Shown: in pieces, positions 57,862 through 64,000 of the stretch
How the letters are laid out: every line of letters starts with the position of its first letter
Position numbering within the stretch: position 1 is the stretch's first letter
Assembly (NCBI GenBank): GCA_004431415.1
Contig: QPMI01000423.1
Coordinates: forward strand, 1-64,000
Source of the DNA: Cyanophora paradoxa CCMP329
Taxonomy: Eukaryota > Plantae > Glaucophyta
Direction of reading: 5' to 3'
Length of the DNA stretch: 64,000 nt
Position numbers and translations under genes: made by a program
The notes under the pieces: model-generated
What the model saw: the letters and a program-made list of their open reading frames with translations, nothing else
What the model was told of the DNA's origin: nothing
Database searches by the model: none

Positions 57862-60445
57862 TCAAGCCCAGACGAAGACGCGGCCCGAGGCGCTGCCCGT
57901 GTACATCTCGGCGCGCTCCTCGCTGTAGCAGATCGCGCTCACGCTCTCCAGCGGGCAGGAGGAGGAGGGGGCGGAGGAGGCGGAGCCCGCGGCCAGGTCG
58001 CTCACGCCCTCCGCGGCGGCGGCGGAGCGGCTCTGGATCCTATCCCATACCCGCCAGCACCGCGTGCCGCCGCCTCCGCCTCCGCCTCCGCCTCCGCCTC
58101 CGCCGCCTCGGGCCGCCTCGGCCCCCCGTCGGGCCGTCCTGGGCCGCTCGCCTCGGGGGGCGGGCGGGCGGGCAGCGACTCGCAGGCGAGCCGGGCGATG
58201 GGCGCCCGGCGGCCAGGTCCACTACCACGAGCGCCCCGGAGGCTGCGGGGAGGCGAGTAAGGGCCGGGGACGAGGGCGGGGGCGGGGGCGGGAGGGAGGC
58301 AGGGCCCGCACAGTGCGGCCGAGGCGGCGGCGGCGGCGGCGGCGTCGGGGCCTCGGGCGCATCCCTCGCATCGTCGCTCTCCTCCGGCTCGCCCCGCACG
58401 CTCATCCGCCGCCGCCGCGCCGCCGGCTCTGCAGCCGTGTCGCCGCCGGCGCCGCCGCCGCCTGTGTTGCTGTACATGACGATGCGGTCCTGGGGCGCGA
58501 CTCGTCAGGGCCGCCACGGGGCGCCGGGGGGTACGGCGATTCCTGGCGAGCCTGGGAGGGTACGGTGAAGACGTTGCTGGTGCTCTCAGACCAGACGACG
58601 GGGTCCGGCAGCCTGCTTCGAACCTCAGGGAAGGAAACAAAAGGAAAAGGAAAGGAACAGAGGGGCGCACGTGGCAATGAGCTCGCCGGCGGGGCCCCAG
58701 ACGGAGACGGACGAGCTCCGGAACGTGAGGAACTTGCGCGACTCGTACAGAAACATGAACGCTGCGGCGCGGGCCGCCTAAGCCCGGCGGGCCGCGGGGG
58801 CGCGGGGCGGGACGGCGCGCACCGCTGGGCGTGTGGAAGAGGCTCCTGGGGACCTCCCGCCTCGCCGAGGTCACGATCTGCGGCCGGGGGCGTGTGGGCC
58901 GGCGAAGAACCGGGGGGATTGGGGGGAGGGAGGGGGTACGTTGTAGATCTGGAGGTCCTCCCCCTCCTGCTTCACCAGCAGCTGCTCGTTGAACTGCTGG
59001 GCGCGTCAAGCAAGCGAAGGCGTGGCCGGGGCCGGGGCCGGGGCCCGGGCCGGGGCCGGGGCCGGCGGGGGCGGGGACGCGCCTGCTCGATGAAGTTCAC
59101 CTCCTTCTGCCGGTGGAGCGGGTGCAGGTACTCCTTGAGGACGCGCCCCGTCTCGATCGAGATCCACCGCAGCTTCACGTACCCCGCGTTCTTCGTCCGC
59201 TGCCCCGCGCGACGCGCGCGCCGTTCGGCACTTTGCGGCGCGCGCGCGCGCGCGGGCGGGCGGGAGGCCGGGCGGGCGGCTGGGGCGGGGTGGCGGGCTT
59301 GCCCTGTGGATCAGAAGGATGACGCCGGGGCTGCGCGGCGGCGTAAGCCAGAACCGGAAAAAGAAGAAGGAAGAGGCGGGCGGGGGCGCGCCTGATCTTG
59401 ATCTCGTGTATGTGGGAGTCCTGGATGCGGAAGAGCTCTCGGTAGTCCTTCAGGTCCCTGCCCAGGCGCCGGCTCCGCCGTCACGAACTCGAAAGACGAA
59501 GGAAGAGGGAGGAAGGAAGCGAAGAGCGGGCGGCGCGGCGCGCACCAGATCTTGACGATGCGGTCGGGCACGCTGGAGGTGATGACCTTCCCGTTGACGT
59601 CGTCGAACTCGACGAAGCCCGGCCACCGCAGCGACTCGCCCTCGAAGAGCGCCCGGCTCGCGTCGCTGCGCCCCGGCCGTATCCCGCTGCATCGCCCGCC
59701 GGCCGTGTACGCGTCGGCCCGCGAGGAAGAAGAAGAAAAGGAAAGAAATGGGGCCGGCCGGCCGCATTCACGCACGCGATGTCCACGGTCCGGCAGCGCA
59801 GGCTGCTAAAGTTGTCGGTGCTGCTCACGGAGCAGAAGACAAGGCTGCAGCAGACGGTGGGTAAAGATCACACGGAAGCGCGGAGCGGGGCGGGCGCGCC
59901 TGCCGTTGTGCTTGTTCCAAAAGAGGCTGAGGGCGCCGCGATTCAGACGGCGAGGACACATGAAAGGCGGGCCGCGCACTGACCTGCGAATGATCTCGTC
60001 CGGGAGGATGTTCAGGTACCGGATGAATCGCCGGGAGCCTGCGGCGGCCGTCAGCTGAAGACTCGGAGCTGCGGCATTCGGAAAGCGCACGGGAGCAGAA
60101 TGCAGTGCATACGCCACTCTCGTTCAAGACTACGACGAGATCTGATGGCGCAATGACCTCCTGGACCCGCGCCCGCAGCCCGGCAGCTGCCGGCAGTGAT
60201 TCGGCGAGGTCCGGCACATCGTACGGGTCGAGCACGGCCTGCGGGCGCCGCGTCATTGTCCCGCGTGGCGCACGCATGCCCTACCGCCGCACCTGCACTT
60301 GCAGATCCCGGAAAGCGATCGCAGGCGGGTGCTTCCGAAAAGAGCGCGACGGCTGCAGCTCGCGCTTGCGCAGCCGCAGCGCGACGTTCTCCGTGCACGC
60401 GGCGCCTGCGGGGCGGCGGCTAGGGCCCGCGCTCAACGGCCCCAT
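57862..60445 (-). CDS. Conserved uncharacterised beta-propeller-like protein (plant/protist family)
   Basis: LFEGESLRWPGFVEFDDVNGKVIT, EIKISPGVILLI, FIEQFNEQLLVKQE, AFMFLYE and the C-terminus ALESVSAICYSEERAEMYTGSASGRVFVW match a conserved plant family of unknown function. Confidence 0.8.
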
Positions 60446-60494
60446 GGCCCCGCATAGCAAGCTCAGCCAAAGTGCCGGGGTACGCGCTCCGGCG

Positions 60495-61370
60495 ATGGCG
60501 CTGCGGGGTCCGTGCCTTAAGCTTGCGGCGTCGCGAGCGCCGGGTGCGGCGCTGGCCTGCACGGCGCTGCGATCGGGCGTGCCGCTGCGGCGGGCGGCCG
60601 CGGCGGCTTTCGGGCCGCTGCCGTTGTTGAGTTCGTCCCGCGGGCACGAGCGGGCGTTGCTGTCGAGTTGGAGCGGCGCTGTGCGGGGCACGGGGCGATG
60701 CGAAGCGTCGGCGCCCCCGCCGGGCGACCGCGGGCCGGCGTCGAGCGACGGCGCTGGCCCGTCGGAGGTGGAGCGTCCGGCGACGAACGCGGAGCGACTG
60801 AAGAAGCTGTTCCAGCTGTACGGACCACTCGGTGCGCTTTCGCTGTCATCCCGCGCGACGTGAGGACGCGGGGCGTCCGGGATCCCGAATGTGCCCGTCC
60901 CAATGCCGACGTACGCTTCCCCGCAGCCGTGGCGACGCACATTAGCATCGGGCTTGTGAACTTGGGTGGGCGTCGGTTCCGTCAGTGTGCCCTGAACCCC
61001 GGTCTGACCCGCGGCGCCGGCGCGCAGGGGCGATGTACGCGCTCGTCTCGGTGGGCGTCGACGTGCCCGCGCTGCTCCAGAAGCTCGGCTTGAGCGGGAA
61101 CTGGTCCACCGGCTCTACGTTCGTCGTCGCGTATGCTGCGTGCGTCCCGCCCCGACCCGCCCCGCCCGCCCGCCCGCCGGGCGGCCGCCGCGCGCGCGCG
61201 TCGACGCTCTCGCCCCCAGGCACAAGGCGACGGGCCCGCTCCGCATCGCGCTGACGCTGGCGATCGTCCCGCCGCTGGGCAAGTACATCGACCGGCTCCG
61301 CAAGGGCAAGCGGGAGGGCGGGGAGACCCCCCCGGGCCCCGCCGCGCCGCCCGGGGACCAGTCGCGATAG
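60495..61370 (+). CDS. FAM210B/DUF1279-like organellar membrane protein, copy 2
   Basis: RLKKLFQLYGPL, MYALVSVGVDV, GSTFVVAYAAHKATGPLRIALTLAIVPPL. Confidence 0.85.
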
Positions 61371-61453
61371 CTCTAAGCTCTAGTACTAGTACTAGTGTAC
61401 ATTCCCGCAGAAAGAAAGAAAGAGTAGGGTACAAGGGCGGGGCGGGGCGGCGC

Positions 61454-64000
61454 TCAGCGCTGGGCGGCGGGCATGAGGAAGTTTCGGTAGGCCTGCAGCG
61501 GCCGCGTCGACTGCTGAAGGATCATAGAGAGGCCTGAGTGCTGCCCGTGCTGCCCGTGTCCGTGCGAGCCCGCGGCCGGGGGACCCGCTGCGCTCTTTCC
61601 GGCCCCGCTTGGCCTTTTCCCCTCGCCCGCCGGCCCGTCTGCCGCCGCCTCCCCGCGCCCGGCCGCAGCGGCCGCCGCCCGCCTCTCTCCGCGCTGCGCG
61701 GGCCCGAGTCAGCGGGGGAGGAGCGGGGAGGGGCGGGGGTACAGGTCGGCCCCGGGCGCACGCTCTTGGCGCCGGCATCGGATACGTCGGCCCCCGTGGC
61801 TGCGTCCCCCTCGGCCTCTCGCGCAGTCTGAAGCGCCAAGTCAGGGGGGGGAGGGGGGGAGGGGGGAGGGGAGGGGGGGCGAGCGCAAGCGCACGCGGGG
61901 TATGTGTATCCACCCCTCGTCGACCGCCGTCGGCTCGTCCCTGCCCCATCGCCCACGGCCAGCTCGGCGAATGCCCGGCCCGGGGGAAGGGGAAGGGGGG
62001 GGGGGAAGGGGGTACGCACCAGAAGTAGAGGACCTCGCACATCTGCGTCCACTGCGCGCCGGGCGCCGGGGGGGGGGGAGGGGAAAGGGGGGGGGAAAGG
62101 GGGGGGGGGCGGCGTCAGAAGAGGAGGCGGGAGGGGCTGAAGGCCAAGGGGACGGGGTATCGATGTCTATTTATAGCCAGGGCACCTCGTCCAGGGTCAT
62201 GTAGCGGTTGTCTGAGGATCGCCGCAAAGTCAGACCGAGATGAAAGGGGCGGGCGCCGCTACAGCTAGCTATAGGCTATAGCTACGCCGCTCGGGGGTTC
62301 TTGCCGCTTTGCTCTTAACGAGACGACGTGTCCTATAGCTTAAGCCGTTTCCTATAATCTAGAAGAGGCGACGTCCTATAATCTAAACTGTCGTCTTACG
62401 GGCGCGGGCGCGGGCGCGTGCGCACTGTCGTCGTCGTAGCGGGCGAAGAGGGCGTCGAGCTCGGCGGGGGAGAGGCCCGTGGCGGCGCCGGCGCGCATGA
62501 AGTCGGCGTGGGAGAGGACCCCGTTCCGCTCCGTGTCGTACAGGTCGAATAGCGCACGCACCTGCGCGCAGTGCAGCGCGCGCGGGAGAAGCGAGCGAGC
62601 CAGTGAGAGGCTGATCCGTGGCCAGGTCGGCGGTCTTAGGAGAAATTGAAGGGCGACCGCGGGCTCGATAGCTATCTATAGCTATCTAGATCTATAGCTA
62701 GATCTATAGCTGAATCTGCTCGTTTCCGCGGTCGATTCTTGACAGTTTTAAGAATTTCGACATAGACCCGATTGTTTCCGAGCTCGAGGGTGGTCCTCTT
62801 ATGTTCGAGCTTCCGCGCATGCGCACCTCGGCGAGTTGCTTTTTCGTGAGCTGGCGCCGCCGCTCGGGGGGGGGCCCCGAGGCTTGGGCGCCGGCCGGGC
62901 CCGCGCCCGCCGCGTCGGGGGCGCGGCCGGCCCAGCGGAGCATGAGGGCGACCTGGTCCGGGGCGACCCAGGGGTACACGGCGCGGAGGAGGTCGTCGAA
63001 GTAGATCGCGTGCTTGTGCGGGTTCCGCTGCGCTCGGGAGAATAGGTAATCAGGGGTCTAGATCGCGAGTAGCTAGCGATAGATCTAATTCGTGGAGGAA
63101 GAGGATCTAGATCTAATTATTCCGAGGGCGTACGCTGATGATGGCGGAGAGGTCCTCGGCGAGGTGGCGCCAGTCCTCCGGCACCGCCTCCCGCCGCCCC
63201 GTCAGGATCGCTGCCGACGGTCAGAGAGGGGGGCAAGCGGGCGAGCGAGCGAGCGAGGCGCACCCGTGATCTCCAGCTTCGAGATCTCCCCCGTCTGCCG
63301 GCGGCCGGCCCTCGCGGTCAGGCGCCGGCCAACGCGGGGCGCCCAGGCTTTAGGATCCAGGCCTAGGCCTCCAAGCGCGGGCGGGGCGGGGCGGGGCGGG
63401 GCGGGCCTTGGCGGTGTTGAACCTGTCGAAGATCTCGGAGAGCTCCTTCACCTCGTACTGCCGAAGGCCGCGGGGCGCGCTGTGAGCCCAACCTGGCGCG
63501 ACAAAGGCGGGGCGGGGCGGGTGCGCACGCGGGTGTAGGAGGGCCGCGGCTTCAGGAACCCCGTCTCCAGGAACGACACGAGCCGCCTCGGCTGAGGCTG
63601 AGGGCCGCCTGGGGGCGGGCGGGCGGGCGACGGAGGTTAGGGACAGGAAGAGAGGAGGGGAGGGGGCGGGGCGTACTAGAAGTGGAGGGGGAGGCCCCGG
63701 ATCCGGAGTACTTCGGGAGGACGTCAGGCCGGATCAGGGGCTGCTCGGGCGGCGGCGACGACGACGATGGCTGGGCGGGGAGGGGGAGGCCGGCGCCGCG
63801 GCGGAGGGACGCGGAGGGGGAGGGGGAGGAGGAGGGGCCCGGGAGGGGCGGGAGGCTGCGGAGCGAGGAGGTCCGTGAGGGCGAGGGCGTCAGTGTGCGG
63901 GCGGAGGGGGCGGGGGCCAGCCCGGATCCGGCCAGGCTCCGGAGGGAGGTCGTGGGGGTACTGCTCTCGCTGGGGGAGGCCGCCCCGGCCTCGGGGTACG
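61454..64000 (-). CDS. EF-hand calcium-binding protein, 5' end outside window
   Basis: VKELSEIFDR, VRALFDLYDTERNGVLSHADF and LFARYDDDS-NRYMTLDE EF-hand loops; stop position tentative. Confidence 0.7.

Overview
This eukaryotic nuclear window has two sharply different compartments. (1) Positions 1 to ~16,374 are a low-GC, intron-free, gene-dense block that reads as the right part of an endogenous Polinton-like/virophage-like dsDNA virus. It carries an A32-type packaging ATPase, a double-jelly-roll-like major capsid protein, two divergently transcribed penton-like genes, a patatin phospholipase fused to a discoidin-like domain, three large fibre-like genes (one with a C-terminal membrane anchor, one with phage-type HxH repeats, one with a C1q-like tip followed by a small phage-like partner gene) and a Zn-finger ORF. 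The block ends in a small hairpin where a GC-rich host LRR gene is truncated mid-repeat. No polymerase or integrase is visible; they may lie upstream of the window. (2) Positions ~16,375-64,000 are very GC-rich host DNA with many short introns, including frequent GC-AG introns. Host genes are an LRR protein, an orphan gene, an ABCC/MRP transporter, a YeeE/YedE sulfur transporter, ZW10 (with a mitochondrial nad7 fragment inside one intron), HisA/HISN3, a GCN5-like acetyltransferase fused to a PARP-like domain, NSUN5, two FAM210B-like paralogues, a conserved beta-propeller-like protein and a partial EF-hand gene. N-terminal extensions with an early Phe (MASF, MTSAF) suggest an alga with a primary plastid, possibly a glaucophyte such as Cyanophora (inference). 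Gene models were spliced by eye, so exon boundaries are approximate. Family assignments come from recognised motifs, not database searches.
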